This document shows positions 1 to 13,676 of a DNA stretch of 64,000 nt, piece after piece. Positions within the stretch are counted from its first letter, which is position 1, and the number at the start of each line of letters is the position of its first letter. The notes below the pieces were generated by a model that saw only the letters and a list, made by a program, of their open reading frames with translations, was not told where the DNA came from and did no database searches. A program made the translations under genes and the position numbers. The stretch comes from a virus. The DNA is taken from IMG/VR virus record IMGVR_UViG_3300034069_000823, positions 2,090 through 66,089 of that record; one strand, written 5' to 3'.

Positions 1-2
1 AA

Positions 3-3000
3 GATAATACTTCTTTCTCTTTAGTTAATGAAAAGGGTAATAAAAAAATTAGTATATATAATGAAAATAAAGAAGAAGTTTCTTTATTAGGTAATCCTAT
101 AGGATATTCTATTTTAAATGAATATTTAGTATTATTTTCAACTGATGAAAATGCTGATTATATTTATAGATTAGAAAGAAAAGATACAGAACTTATAGTT
201 AAAATTCTTTATAAAGGAAATCTTAACTTTAAAAAAGATAAACCTATAGAAACTTTATCTATCTTTGAAAATAAAGATATACAAAAAGTATATTGATTAG
301 ATGGTGTTAATCAACCTAGAGTAATTAATATATCAGCTACAGATTCTAATATAAGCACTTGAAATGATGATTCCTTTAATTTTGTACAAGAGCTTAAGTT
401 AAAAGAAACAATTAAAGTAAGAAAAGATTTAGTATCTTCTGGGGCTTTTACTTCAGGAGTAGTACAATATTCTTTTAGTTATTATAATTTATATAGACAG
501 GAAAGTAATATTTTTTATTCTACACCTTTAAATTATATTTCATATAATGATAGAGGAGGTTCTCCAGAAGAACAAATAGGTAATAAATTTAATATTACAA
601 TACAAAATCCTGATACTAATTTTGATTATATTAGAATATATGTTACACATAGAACTAGCTTAGATAATACAGTTACAACAAGAAGATTAATAGATATACC
701 TATTGATAAAACTTTAAGTAAGCAAACTTTATATTATACTGATAATGGAACTCAAGGAGAGGTTATAGATAATACTCTATTACTATATATAGGAGGAGAA
801 GATATTGTTCCTAAAACTATGACACAAAAAGATAATACCCTTTTCTTAGGTAATTTAAATTTAAAAAGACCAGTATTAGGAGATATAAATATAAATGGTA
901 AAAAGTTAAGAGATCTTCTTAATAATTATGATTTAAATCAATTTCAATATTATACAAGAGGAAGGCAAGATTATATTAATATAACTACTGATCAATCTAC
1001 TAAAGGTACTTATCCTTATGATATTGGATTGGGAGTTAATTCTACTGATCTAAAACATTTTAAATATTTAGAAACTTATAGACTTGGAATACAGGCTCAA
1101 TATAAAACAGGTAAATGATCTGAACCTATATGATTAAATGATTTAAAAATAACTGAAAAACCTTATACTAGCCCCTCTAATCAAATAGCTCAATTACCAG
1201 TACCTTATATATCTTTAAAGGATAAGAATATTATTGAAGGTATTTATAAAGCAGGTTATAAAAGAATAAGAACAGTAATGGTTCAATCTAGTATTGGAGA
1301 TAGGGATTGTTTAGCTCAAGGTATTGTTTCTCCTACTTTATTTAATGTAAAGGATAGAGAAAATAATGCACCTTTTTCACAATCTTCTTGATTCTTTAGA
1401 GCTAATCCTCCTTTTGAAGTTGGTGATAATGTAGATACCCTTAATACTAAAGACATTATGAATAATGATGCTAATGTATATGATGGTGCTTGACCTGAAT
1501 TTAGACATCATAGACCTATACCAGATAATATGAATAGAAACTGTGAAATTCAATTATTATCAGATAGATATTTAAAAGCACCTTATTATAAAAAAGATTC
1601 TGATTCTTTTACTAATAAGGAATTTGTTTCAAGGTTTGGAGAGAATTACTTTATAGATCAATCTTTAGTTACTTTTCATTCACCTGATATAGAATTTAAT
1701 GAATCTCTTCAAAATTCTTTAGATACAGCACAGTTAAAATTTAGAATAGTAGGTAAGATATTCTTAACAGGAACTGCTCAAGATATTGATATAACTACAT
1801 CTACTACTTCTTTAAATCCTAAAGATCCAGGTTTTTATAAATTACCAATAGGAACTAGAACTTATAGTGAGAATGGATTTAAACAATTAATAGCTGCCCC
1901 TCTTTACTGGGATGCTACTAAATTTGGAGACTATACAGATAAAGAAGTTACTGGTTTTTATGTGTTTCCATGACAAGCAAATAGATCTTTAACTGATGAT
2001 GGAGTAGAGCATGGTGTTGATGCAGATAAAGTAACATCAAGATTAGATAAAAAGAAAATGTCTAATTTAAAGTATTCAGCTTATACTGAGTATTTTGATT
2101 TAGAAAATATATGAGAAGCAGGATCTTCTGACAGTAAAGATACTAATCATCAAGGTATAACTCCTATAAGTATATTTAATTCTAATGAAGTTATTACTAC
2201 TAAAGTTCCAAGACCTTTAGGATCTTCTTTATCAGAGTTTAATTATTATGGAAATTATGATAAAGTCCTATCTCTAAGTAGAGTAAGAATACCTTCAGAA
2301 GATGTAAATGATGGTGATGGTAGATTTAATAAAAAAGTAAATAAATATAAAGGTTATCCTATTATAACTACAGATGAAAGAAAGACTGAAGAAATACCAT
2401 TTACTACTATGTATGAAGGTAAAATAGGTACTATGATGAATCAAACTTCTAATGATGTAAATTATAAAAGTGATCCTGTAAGAATTAAATATAATTCTAC
2501 ACCACATGCAGTATTTTCTTTTAATTACTATAGTTACAGTAATGGTGGATCTACTCAAATAATATTACCTTCTATTAATAACTTAAATAGAGCTGATAAA
2601 ATAGAAAATTCTTTATTTTGAGATAATGCTCCTATATCTTTATATCAAGATAATATAGATACTAGTACAGAACTTAATTGGTTAGATTATGATAATCCTT
2701 TAGGTCAACATCCTGAAACTGGTCAATGGTTATACCCTAGTTATAAAGGTAACTTTGGTACTATGTGACTTGGAGAACTTTATAGAGAAATACCAGATTC
2801 TGAAAGATATGGAGGTAAAAATCAAGAAGCTTTTGAAAATAATATATGAATACCTTGTAATATTCCTGTATCTTTAGAAGATAATGATACCTTGAAAGAA
2901 TCTATTAATTTAATATGAGAAGAAGGAGATACTTACAATCAAAGATATGATTGCTTAAAAACTTACCCATCTTCTATAGAAGATCAAAATTCAGTAGTAG

Positions 3001-4235
3001 AGATATTATCTTTTTTATGTGAGACAAGAATAAATATTGATGGTAGATATGATAGAAATAGAGGTAATTCAAGTAATTTAGTAGCAACTCCTACTAATTT
3101 TAATTTGATGAATATGATATATTCTCAATCTAATAATTTCTTTAATTATAGATCTCTAAATTATGATAAGTCTTCTTTAAATTCTTTTCCTAATAGTATA
3201 ACATGGACTAAAGAAAAAACAATTGGAGAAGACATAGATACTTGGACCAATATAACTATTGCATCTACTGTAGATTTAGATGGAGATAAAGGAGAAGTTA
3301 TAGCACTTAAAAACTTTAATAATGATATAATAAGTTTTCAAGAAAAAGGAATATCTCAAATTTTATATAATAGTAGAGTTCAAATTCCTACTTCTGATGT
3401 ACCTATTGAAATATCAAATAATTATAAAGTAGATGGTAAAAGATATATATCTAATAAATTAGGTACTAAAAATAAATGATCTATAATAGATACTTCTTGA
3501 GGATTATATTTTATGGATGAATTATCTAAATCTATTTATTTATATGGAGCAGAAGGTTTAGAAAATATATCAGATAGTTTAGGATTTCACTCTTGATCTA
3601 ATGCTAATATATTTAATAAAGAAGGATGAGATCCTTATAATTTTGATAATTTTGTAGCTTCTTATGATAGTAGACATAAAGATGTATATTTTACAAATAA
3701 AAAAGAATCTCTAAATTATTCAGAAATGAATAGACAATTTATATCGTTTTTTGATTATGGAAGTACACCTTTTATGTTTAACTTTGGAGATAAATTTATG
3801 GCTATAAAGTATATAGATAATAATCTTACTTTATGGGAACAGAATGAAGGAAGATATAATGAATTCTTTGGAGAATTTAAACCTTATTCTACTACTATAG
3901 TTGTTAATCAAGATGTTTTATATGATAAAACCTTTACAAATCTTGAATTTAGAGCTGATAGATGAGATACTGAAGGTAAGCTTCTTAATAAAACTTTTGA
4001 TACTTTAGAGGTATGAAATGAATATCAAAAAGGTATTGGAAACTTAGATAACATTTCTGTTAATCCTTTATCTTTAAAAAGAAAATTTAGAGTGTGAAGA
4101 GCTTCTATACCAAGAGATAAAAAGAACCCTTTAAATAGAATAAGAAATACTTGAATGTATCTTAAGTTATCTTCTAATAAAGAAGATTATAGTAAAAATA
4201 TTTTACATGATTTAGTTATTGATTATATCATTTAA
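3..4235 (+). CDS. Tail stabilisation/muzzle-type protein of crAss-like phages, 5'-partial, >=1410 aa; TGA read as Trp
   Basis: Track fragments 819, 1530, 2409, 3105 and 3726 are all in one frame, open from base 3 to TAA 4233-4235 if TGA=W (about 20 in-frame TGA). Readthrough gives KVYWLDGVNQPRVINI, GKWSEPIWLND and LKRKFRVWRASIPRD...RIRNTWMYLKL, typical of this crAss tail protein. Confidence 0.85.
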
Positions 4236-4246
4236 TAATTTATAAG

Positions 4247-6439
4247 ATGAATAAAAAAAAGAAAAGAAAAGGTAATATATATCTTTCAGGAGGTTTAGTT
4301 AATGCTATAAGTGGAGGTGCTAACTTATTAGGAACTATTTCAAGTAATTTAAATCCTGAAACTCCTAATGTTACACCAGAAGCCTCCAATACTCAAGCCT
4401 CTACTAATGATTCATTAATGAATGATTGGGAAGCTTGAAATCCTATGAAACATTATACTAAGAAAGACTTTGGTACTAGAAACTCTGATGTAGTTGGAGG
4501 AGCTATAGGAGGTGTTGCTCAAGGTGCTTTATCTGGAGCTTCTATAGGTGGTCCTATAGGTGGAATAGTAGGAGGTGCTTTAGGTGGAATATCTTCTATA
4601 TTTGGAAGTAATAAAAAGAAAAAAGCTTTAAGAGAAGCTAATAGAAAAGTAGATGAAGCTAATCAAAGAAGTATTAATAATTTTAATAATAAAGCAGATA
4701 ATATAGCTACTGAAACTAATTGAAATAATTTAGCTAATTATGCAGCTCTTGGAGGTATTTTACCTATAACTAATTCTGTAGAAAGACATTTAGCTTCCTT
4801 TGGTAATAATATATTTGCTTATGGAGGTCAATTTAGTAATGGAGTAACTTCTTTTAATACAGGAGGTACACATGAAGAAAATCCTCATGGTGGTATATTA
4901 CAAGGTGTAGGAGAGAATGGAGAACCTAATCTTGTTGAAGAAGGAGAATTAAAATGAAATGATTATATATTTTCTAATAGATTAGTAGTACCAAATACTG
5001 TTTCTGAAGTTAATTTACCTAAAGAATTAGCAGGTAAAACTTATGCAGAGGCTGCTGAAATTCTTCAAAAAGAATCTTTAGAAAGAGAAGTAGATCCTAT
5101 AAGTAAAGCAGGACTTAATATGAATCTTTCAAGGTTAGCAATGTCTCAAGAACAGGAAAGAGAAAGTAAAAATACAAATAATAGTTTTGAGCAAGGAGGT
5201 TTATTAAATAATGTATATGCTGAAGGAGGTTCTATGAATAATAAAAAGAGTTATACTGATGATGATATAATGAATTATCTTAAACAAAAGTTTGGAGATA
5301 AATGAGAGAAAGCTTTAGAAATAGTATCTTTAGAAGGAGGTTATAAAAATGGTAAATTTATAACTAATCAAAGACAAGTAAATAAAATGAAATCTGGTAA
5401 AACAAATACAGATAGAGGAATATTTCAAATAAGTAATGTATTTCATCCTAATGTATCTGATGAGGATGCAGATGATCCTTTTAAAGCAATTGATTATTCA
5501 TATAATTTAAGTAAACAAGGTACAGATTGAAGTCCTTGGGTATCTGCTAAGAAAGCTTCTTTTAATAAAAGTAAAGAAGTAGAACAGACTCCAGAAATAC
5601 CCTCAGTTGCTAATACTCCTTTTGTACCTAAACCAATAGAAAGTAATCCTTTTACTGTTAATGCTCCTACTACTTCTACTATTATTAATAATAATATAAA
5701 TAAAGCTCAAGAAACATTACCAGAGATTGCTCCTATAACTCCTTCTGTAAATAATAATACAGGACTTAATTTAGATTCAGATATGCTTAGGTATTCTCCT
5801 ATACTTACTAATGCAGGACTTACTTTATCAAATATATTTAGTAAGCCTGAAAAGATACAATTAAATAGAGCAAATGAAAGAGTAGGTGCAGGAAAATTAG
5901 GTAATTATATGAAATATAATCCTATGGATTTTGAGTATCTTGCAAATAAAATTAAACAGCAAGGAGCTTCTACAAGAAGAGCTATAAGTAATAATTCAGC
6001 AGGTAATAGAGCTACTGCTACAGCAGGTATTTTAGCTTCTGATTATAACTTAAATAATGCTTTAGGAGATACTTATACTAAAGTTCAAGATTTAAATAAT
6101 CAAAGAAGAAATGTAGTAGAAGAATTTAATAGAGGTACTAATATGTTTAATATTCAAAATGATATGCAAGCACAATTAGCTAATCAAAGAAATACTCTAT
6201 TAAATACTGAAATTGCAAATAAGGAGACTCTACTTAATTCTCAAGCTAATGCTAACAGAAGAAATTCTATTAGAGAAGGTATTGCTACTGTAGGTACTCA
6301 ATTAGGTCAATTAGGAACAGAAAATAGATGAATGAAAATAGCTCCTAAAATATTTGGAGGATATGATTCTTTAGGTAATTTTAATAAGAAAGCTTTTGGG
6401 GGAATATTACCTAAAATTTATAAAAAGAAAATAAAATAA
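4247..6439 (+). CDS. Virion cargo/ejection protein, 730 aa, with Gly-rich membrane segment and lysozyme-like domain; TGA=Trp
   Basis: Fragments 4247, 4445, 5120 and 5783 share a frame; 6 in-frame TGA; TAA at 6437-6439. Contains GGAIGGVAQGALSGASIGGPIGGIVGGALGG and FNTGGTHEENPHGGILQG...NLVEEGE...YIFSNRL. It follows the muzzle gene, as crAss cargo protein 1 does. Confidence 0.75.
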
Positions 6440-6440
6440 T

Positions 6441-8300
6441 ATGGAAGTAGGAATATATGATAAATCAGCATTTGCACAATACACTCCTTTATCTGCTCAA
6501 GAAATATTAATGCCTGCTCAATTAATGAGAGAAAAGCATGATAAGCTAGATGAAGAATATGGTCAAATTAATGATGAATTACAAAAGATTGCTTTTATAG
6601 CAGATAATGATCCTAATCCTGCTTTAAAACAAAAGTATAATGATTATTTAAATTCTCTAACTCAAGCTAGAGATTCTTTAATGGAGAAAGGATTAAATGC
6701 TAATTCTAAAAGAGACTTATTAAATATAAGAGGAAGATTTCAAAAAGATATTCAGCCTATTAATTTAGGGTATCAAATGAAATTAAATGATATAAATAAT
6801 TATAATCAAACTAAATTAAAAGATCCTACTTATATTGGACAAGATCCTTCCTTAAGAAGTGTATCAGATTACTTAGATAATGGTTTACAACCTTTTACTC
6901 AGAATGGTATTTCAGGGGCTTTAGTAACTAAAATGGCTTCAGATTTTCTAGCACCTTTTAGTAATGTGACAGACTCTACAGGATTAAAAGATTTATTATC
7001 ACGTACAGTAGGAACAGAAGAAGTTCCTCAATATATGGAATACTTTAAAAAGTTTGGTTATAAACCTGGAACTGAAGGACATAAGAAATTAATGGAACTT
7101 GCTAAAAATAATATTATAAATGCTACTGGAGTATCTTCTTGGGCTAATGAAGATCAATTAAATGCAATTAATGGACATATTAATTTAGCATCATCTGCTA
7201 CTATAGGAAAAGAACAATCTCAAGTAGTTAATAATAATGCTTGGATAATAGCTCAACAAAAAGCACAAGCAAAAGAGCAGGCTAATGAATATTCTCCTGA
7301 TGTATTATGGACTAACAATCCTAGGCAAGCAGTTCCTGTAGATAGAGAAGAAGAAAAAAGACAATTAGATAATTTAATTAAAAAGAGAGAAAATAAAAAA
7401 ACTGATTTAAGTAAAGCGAGAGATAAAATAATTTCATTAGGTGTACTTGGTAAAAACACAGAAAAAGAAAATATATTAAACAAGTTTGAACAGGGAGATA
7501 TAACTGAAGATGAATTAAGAGATTCTATATCAAAATTATCTCAAGGAAGTAAATGGAATAGTAATTTATTTTCAGATATAGTTAATAGTGTTTCTGATAA
7601 TTTATTTGGAACTGATCTAGATAATTATATAAAAGAAGTAAATAAAGATTTAACTAGAATATATGATCAAAGAGTTTCTGAAGATCCAAATCTTAGTTTA
7701 GAACAGTTTATGGAAGAAACTAGAAAAGATATTCAATATAAAAGCACTTTAATAAATAATCCTTATATAAGTAATAATACTGCTGTACAAGGCTATCAAA
7801 AGAACTTATTTGATAATTATATAAATAATATATATAATACAGATGCTATTGTACTAGATAAAAATAATAAAAAAGAAAAATTTAAAGATAAAAATAAATT
7901 ATTTAAAACTGTAAGAAATAATACTAATACAACACCTTCAGGTATAAATTTATTTAATCCAGATTTAAATGCTCCTTCAGCAGATTTTATTACTACAGAT
8001 AATGATGGTAATCCTTATAATATAAGTATACCTTTATCAAAAGGTTCTAATGAATATAAAATTATAGCTCCTTATTCTAATCTACTTAAAGAAGTAAATA
8101 AACCTTATGTTAAAGGTAGAAAAGTCAATATTAATAACCAAGAGTTTGAAATTGTTAGATCCTTTGAAAATGGAGAACCAAATTATAGTATAGTAGACAA
8201 AGATAATAATAGTATAGATTTAAAATCTATTGAAAAAGGAATACAAAGATCTTTAGATAACCTATTTAAAACTTCAAGTCAACCAATATCTAAATATTAA
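6441..8300 (+). CDS. Virion cargo/ejection protein, 619 aa
   Basis: Intact ORF, TAA stop, N-terminus FAQYTPLSAQEILMP; lies between cargo protein 1 and the giant proteins. No in-frame TGA. Confidence 0.7.
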   Translation: MEVGIYDKSAFAQYTPLSAQEILMPAQLMREKHDKLDEEYGQINDELQKIAFIADNDPNPALKQKYNDYLNSLTQARDSLMEKGLNANSKRDLLNIRGRFQKDIQPINLGYQMKLNDINNYNQTKLKDPTYIGQDPSLRSVSDYLDNGLQPFTQNGISGALVTKMASDFLAPFSNVTDSTGLKDLLSRTVGTEEVPQYMEYFKKFGYKPGTEGHKKLMELAKNNIINATGVSSWANEDQLNAINGHINLASSATIGKEQSQVVNNNAWIIAQQKAQAKEQANEYSPDVLWTNNPRQAVPVDREEEKRQLDNLIKKRENKKTDLSKARDKIISLGVLGKNTEKENILNKFEQGDITEDELRDSISKLSQGSKWNSNLFSDIVNSVSDNLFGTDLDNYIKEVNKDLTRIYDQRVSEDPNLSLEQFMEETRKDIQYKSTLINNPYISNNTAVQGYQKNLFDNYINNIYNTDAIVLDKNNKKEKFKDKNKLFKTVRNNTNTTPSGINLFNPDLNAPSADFITTDNDGNPYNISIPLSKGSNEYKIIAPYSNLLKEVNKPYVKGRKVNINNQEFEIVRSFENGEPNYSIVDKDNNSIDLKSIEKGIQRSLDNLFKTSSQPISKY

Positions 8301-8305
8301 AATAT

Positions 8306-11300
8306 ATGGCAAGTGTTTATGATGAAATAAATAAAATAAAAAGGGAGGGAAGTGATTATGATGCTTCCCTTACTGATTCTTCTAAAAGTAATGTTTCAAA
8401 AGAAACAATGAATGCTGTATTCCCTGCTTTAACTCAAGGACAGAAGAATATAAATAATTTTCAAACACCTTTTATAGGAGATAAAGTAGATCCAGATTTT
8501 GGAAATAGTAAATATGATAAAAATGTAAATTGGGAAGAGTTAGCTTATTCAGATAGAACTCTAGAAGATATAAGAGCAGAAAGACAACCTTGATATTCTC
8601 AATTAGCTAATAACTTAGTAAATACAGGAGTAATTGCTACAACTACTTTTGCAGATTCTTATGCAGGTACAGCAGCAGGTATTGTTAATATGGTATTTAG
8701 TCCTTATGATTCTAATAGTAAATTGTCTGATGTAGAACAAGGTGTAAATAAATTTGTTAATAATCCAGTATCTTTATGGTTAAATTCTATAAATAAGTGA
8801 GTAAAAACTACTAATCCTACATACCATTCTGATCAATATTCTCTTAATCAAGCTAATGGAGAGTGGTGAAAAAACTTTGGAACTTCTACTTTTTGAGGAG
8901 AAAATATTATAGAAAATGCAGGATTTACTTTAGGTATGGTAGCTTCTGGTAAAGCTTCAGGAAATATATTAAATAAAATATCTAATATAGCTGAAAATTC
9001 TAATATCATTAAAAAAGGAATAAATACTGCTATTAAAGAAGGTAAATTAACAGGTAATGCTGATAAAATATTTGAACAAGTTCTTTCAGGAAAAAGAAGT
9101 TTAGAAACTATAGGATTAGATAAACAATTAACTAATGCTGTTAAATCAATAAATCAAGCAAGTGCTATTAATAGAAATGTAGCAACTGCATTTGCTGTAA
9201 CAGGTGAAGCTAGACAAGAGGGTATAAATTCTTCTCAAGAGTTTGAGCAGGAGCAATTTATGAATTTAAACTCTTTACAAGGTCAACAAGAATTATTAAG
9301 AAAAACTATTTTAGATCTAGCTTCTCAAGATAATACAGAATATTTATTTAAATCAAATCCTTTAGAGGGAGATCCTTTACAGAGTATTAATCCTGAATAC
9401 TTAGATGTTATTACTGAAGCTTTTAATAAAAATAAAGCAATGGCAGAACAGGCTATTAAAGATGGATCTGCTAGAGTTGCAGGAATGGATTTTGCTCTTA
9501 ATTTTCCTATATTATTTGGATCTTCTTTATGGCAATTTGGTAAAACTTTTACAAGAGGTTATGACACTCAAAAAGGATTTTTTAATAATATTAAAGGAGC
9601 CTTAAGAGAACCTATTAATAATACTACTTTAGAAGGAAGTAAAAAAATAGTAAAAGAAGGTTCTGAATATGTATTTAAAAATTCTTTAAAAGATAAAATA
9701 GCTACAGGTCTTAAAATTGCATCTAATCCTTTAGTAGAAGGTAATGAAGAAATGTTACAATCTGTTGCTCAAGAAGCATCTTCTAAATATGCAGGAGCTA
9801 AAATTAATTCTTTTTTAGGATATAAATTAGATCCTAATGCAGAACAAAATAAAATAGGAGTACTTAATTCTATTTGAAATGGTATAATAGATACTTATTC
9901 AAATCCTGCTAGTTATCAAGAAGGATTTGCAGGAGTATTAATGGGAGGTGCAGGAGTATTAAATTTCTCTTTTTCTAAGAATGCAAATGGTAAAAGACCT
10001 ATAGTAGACGGAGGTGTTTGGCAGGATATAAGAGACGCTAAACAAGAAAATCAAGAATTACAAGCAGCTACTATAGCACTTAATAAAAGAGTTTCTGATC
10101 CTAATTTTCTTAACTATTACCAAGGTATAATAAGACATGATGCTTTTGAATCTAATAAAGAAGAAGCTTTAAATAATGATGATAAATTTTCATTTTTAAA
10201 TAATGACCATGCTCAACTTATTTCAGATATTATTATGTTTGATAAGGCAGGTAAAATACAAGATCTTTATGATAATATTGATAGTAATATAGAGAAGTTT
10301 TCTACTGAAGATAAGACAAAAATATCTGAAATTGCTGATGAATTAAGAGAATTAGCAGTTAATAAAGATACTGGTCAAGATATGTTTAGTAATAAAACAG
10401 ATGAAGAGATTGTAAAAGAATCTTTAAAATTTAATCAGGACCTTAAAGACAATGTAGACACTTATAGAGAAACTGTAAATAATCTTAAATCTATTATAGG
10501 TTCTAACTTTCAAGATGAAGATTCTTTTAATGAAATGGTTTATTTGTTTTCTCATATTGATAATTTAGAAAAAAGATATAAAGATTTACATACTAGCTTA
10601 ATTAAAAAGATAGAAAGTCTAAATATTCCTGAAATAAATACTAAATTATTTCCTATAACTTTGGATAATTCAGAAAAAAATCTTACCTTAGCAGAAATAA
10701 TTAATCAAGCTACTCCTTCAGAATTTAATGAGTTTCTATTAGGAAAATCTATGGAGGACCTTAAAGATTTTGACTATATGAATTTAGTTATGTCTTCTAA
10801 TAAAGCAGTATTAAATAACTTAAGTTCAGTTTTAAATACTATAAATAGTATAGCTAATAATACTAATAAAAGAGGAGACATAACAAATCAACAAAAAGTA
10901 GCTATAGGTAAACAAAAGGAAATAGCTAAATCTCTTTATAATACTCTTTCAAGAACCAAAGAAAGGGAAGGTATAATGAAAGATATTATAGATTTACTTA
11001 AAATTGAAGATAGTAGATCTAAGCTTACTAATACCTATAATATGTATGTAGGTCAACCTTATTTACTTAAGGAGCATTTAGAAACTGAAAAGGAAAAAGC
11101 TAGTCAAGAACAGGAAAATATAATAAATGGTTCTGTAATAGATGAATTAAAACAAGCTCCTTCAATAAGAGATATAAGACAATTAGTTGAAAGAGAAATT
11201 AATGAAAAGAATAATACTTCAGTCAATAAGATTATTGATGAAATGTCTTTATCTGATAATAAAAATTATTCACCTTTAGTTTCAGAATATAAAAAAGTAG

Positions 11301-13663
11301 AAAATCTAGGAAAACAAATTACTAATGATCCTGCTTATAAAAGTTTATCAGAAGATATTACAAATGGTGTAGATCAATTATATGATGTAGTAAAAAATAG
11401 GTCAAACACTTATGATGAGTTAACTAATCCTATTATAACACAAGATGATTTATCAGAATTAGGTAATAGAAATAATCTTTATACCCAACAAGAAAGAGAG
11501 GATATTAAAAATAATTTACTTAAAATACTTTCTAATATTAATAATAAAGATCAAAAATATAACAGTCTTAGTAAACCTTTTAAAGCTAATACTGAAGAAA
11601 AAGCTAAAAAGGAAAAAGTTGTAGAAAATACTTCTTTTGATAAACCTATAGGTAATATATCAAAACAAGAACTTACTAATATTAATACAAAAGATATTAA
11701 GGATAAATTAGATGATAAAAATAAAGTAATAGTCTCCACAGATAAAGTATGAAATAATGGAACTTTTGAAATAGATATAGATGCTTATAATAATTTGGGA
11801 GTTATTAAAGAGCAAACTAATCCTACTTATAAACCTGCTGTAGATTACTTAAAACAAAATGGAGCATTTAATTATATAAATAGTTCCAAGTTAAAAAGAG
11901 GAGATAAAATTTATTTTTATGCATCTGAAGATTACTGGAAAAATCTTATTGAAAATGGTGTAAGTGAGTCTTGGGTAAATGATAATAAACCTTTATTACT
12001 AGTAACTAATTCTGAAGATGGTACTATAACTAATAATAATAAAAAATATCAGGTAGTAGGTACTTTTAATTCTAAATTAAATAAATCTTTACATACTAAA
12101 GTATTAGAGAATCAAAGTAAAGGTATTGATGAAAATATATCAACAACTGTTGTTAATGTAACACCTGGAAGATTAGAATTTAATCAAGAGAAGTTACTAT
12201 CATCTTTAGAAGGTAAAACTCCTTGAGGAGAAGATACTGAAATACTATTTGGAATAGCAGATGAAACAGGTCAATTAACTACTAATCTAAGTTCAGTAGA
12301 TTATGGAGTTTTTAATATAACTTCTGATACTAATTATTCTAATTCTGGTAGATTATATTTGTTGACTAAATCAGCTTCTTCAGGAAATTATATACCTTCA
12401 GCAGTTAGAGTAAAAACTTTAAATGAAGTAGATTATTCTAAAGATATACCTTTATTTAATGAATTAAGAAACTCTGTAAATAAAATTACTAAAGCTTCTC
12501 TTACAACTAATGAAAATACAGTAGCAGATGCTGTTCATGATTTAAGAAATATTCTTTATGTAGGATCTAAAGCAGGAATTAAAATAGACTTTAAAAAAGA
12601 TTCACAATATAATAGAACTGATTATAATCTTGTAATAGATAAAAATACAGGAGAAAGAGAAGTAGTTAATATAGGATATTCAGAAACTCAAGAAGTTAAT
12701 TTAGAAGGTAAAGTAGATTATCAAAATATTAATAACTTTAATAAAGAAGAAGATATTACTAATAATATACTAAATGCTTTATCTAATATTAAAGCACCTT
12801 TTCAAGTTAATAGAAATTATATTAATGGTAAATGAAATGTAAGACAGTCTCTTGACTATAATAATGTATTAGTTCAAGCAGATATTCTTACTTCTAATCT
12901 ATCTAATAATTATGTAAGAGGAGCTTATTTTGTTGTAAATCCTTTAGATACTAATCTTACTGAAGTATTTAATACTAATACTACTGTTAATAAACAGAAT
13001 AATAGTCCTAGTAAAACTACAGTAACTAATACATATGATAATACTCCTAAAGGAAAACCTGTTAATATAACAGGAATTAATTCAGGAACTTATTATATAA
13101 CAGATAAGGGAGAAGTATTAAATACTAAAGGAGAATTAGTAGAAGATGTTGCTATTACTAATGTAGTAAAAATTAATAATTATATTAGTACTAAAACTCC
13201 TGAAGAATTAAAGGATATTAAATTCAAAGGAGAAGAATTATTTCCAGGAGGAAGTTTTCTTTCTAATAGAATGTATTATTTAATGCCTTCATCTCAAGTT
13301 TGAGATGCTACTACTAATACTTTATTTCCTAAAGATAGTATGTATGCTAAAGCAATTAATAACTTATTAGAAGAAAGAAAAAAAGAATCTACTAAAAATA
13401 CTTCTAATGAAGACTATAATTCTATTGAAGATGATTCTATTAGTGATGATGATGTAATAGTTAGTAGAGTATCATTATTTGATAATGAAGAAACTAGTCC
13501 TCAACCTGAAAGAAAAAGAAAAAGACCTTCTAAGGGAAGTGTATCTAAAAATATATTAGATGTTTCTAGTAACTCTTCTTTATCTAAAGAAGAAATACAA
13601 AATAAGATAGATAATAATAAAGATTATCAAAAAGACAATTGTAATGGAATTGCACCAATTTAA
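8306..13663 (+). CDS. Large ejection/cargo protein, 1785 aa (gene before vRNAP; positional equivalent of phi14:2 gp65); TGA=Trp
   Basis: Fragments 8306, 8936, 9941, 11795, 12359 and 13340 are in one frame, joined by 9 TGA; gaps were translated by hand with no TAA/TAG. Several Gly/Ala-rich hydrophobic segments in the N-terminal third. Confidence 0.8.
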
Positions 13664-13676
13664 TTAATAATAAAAT

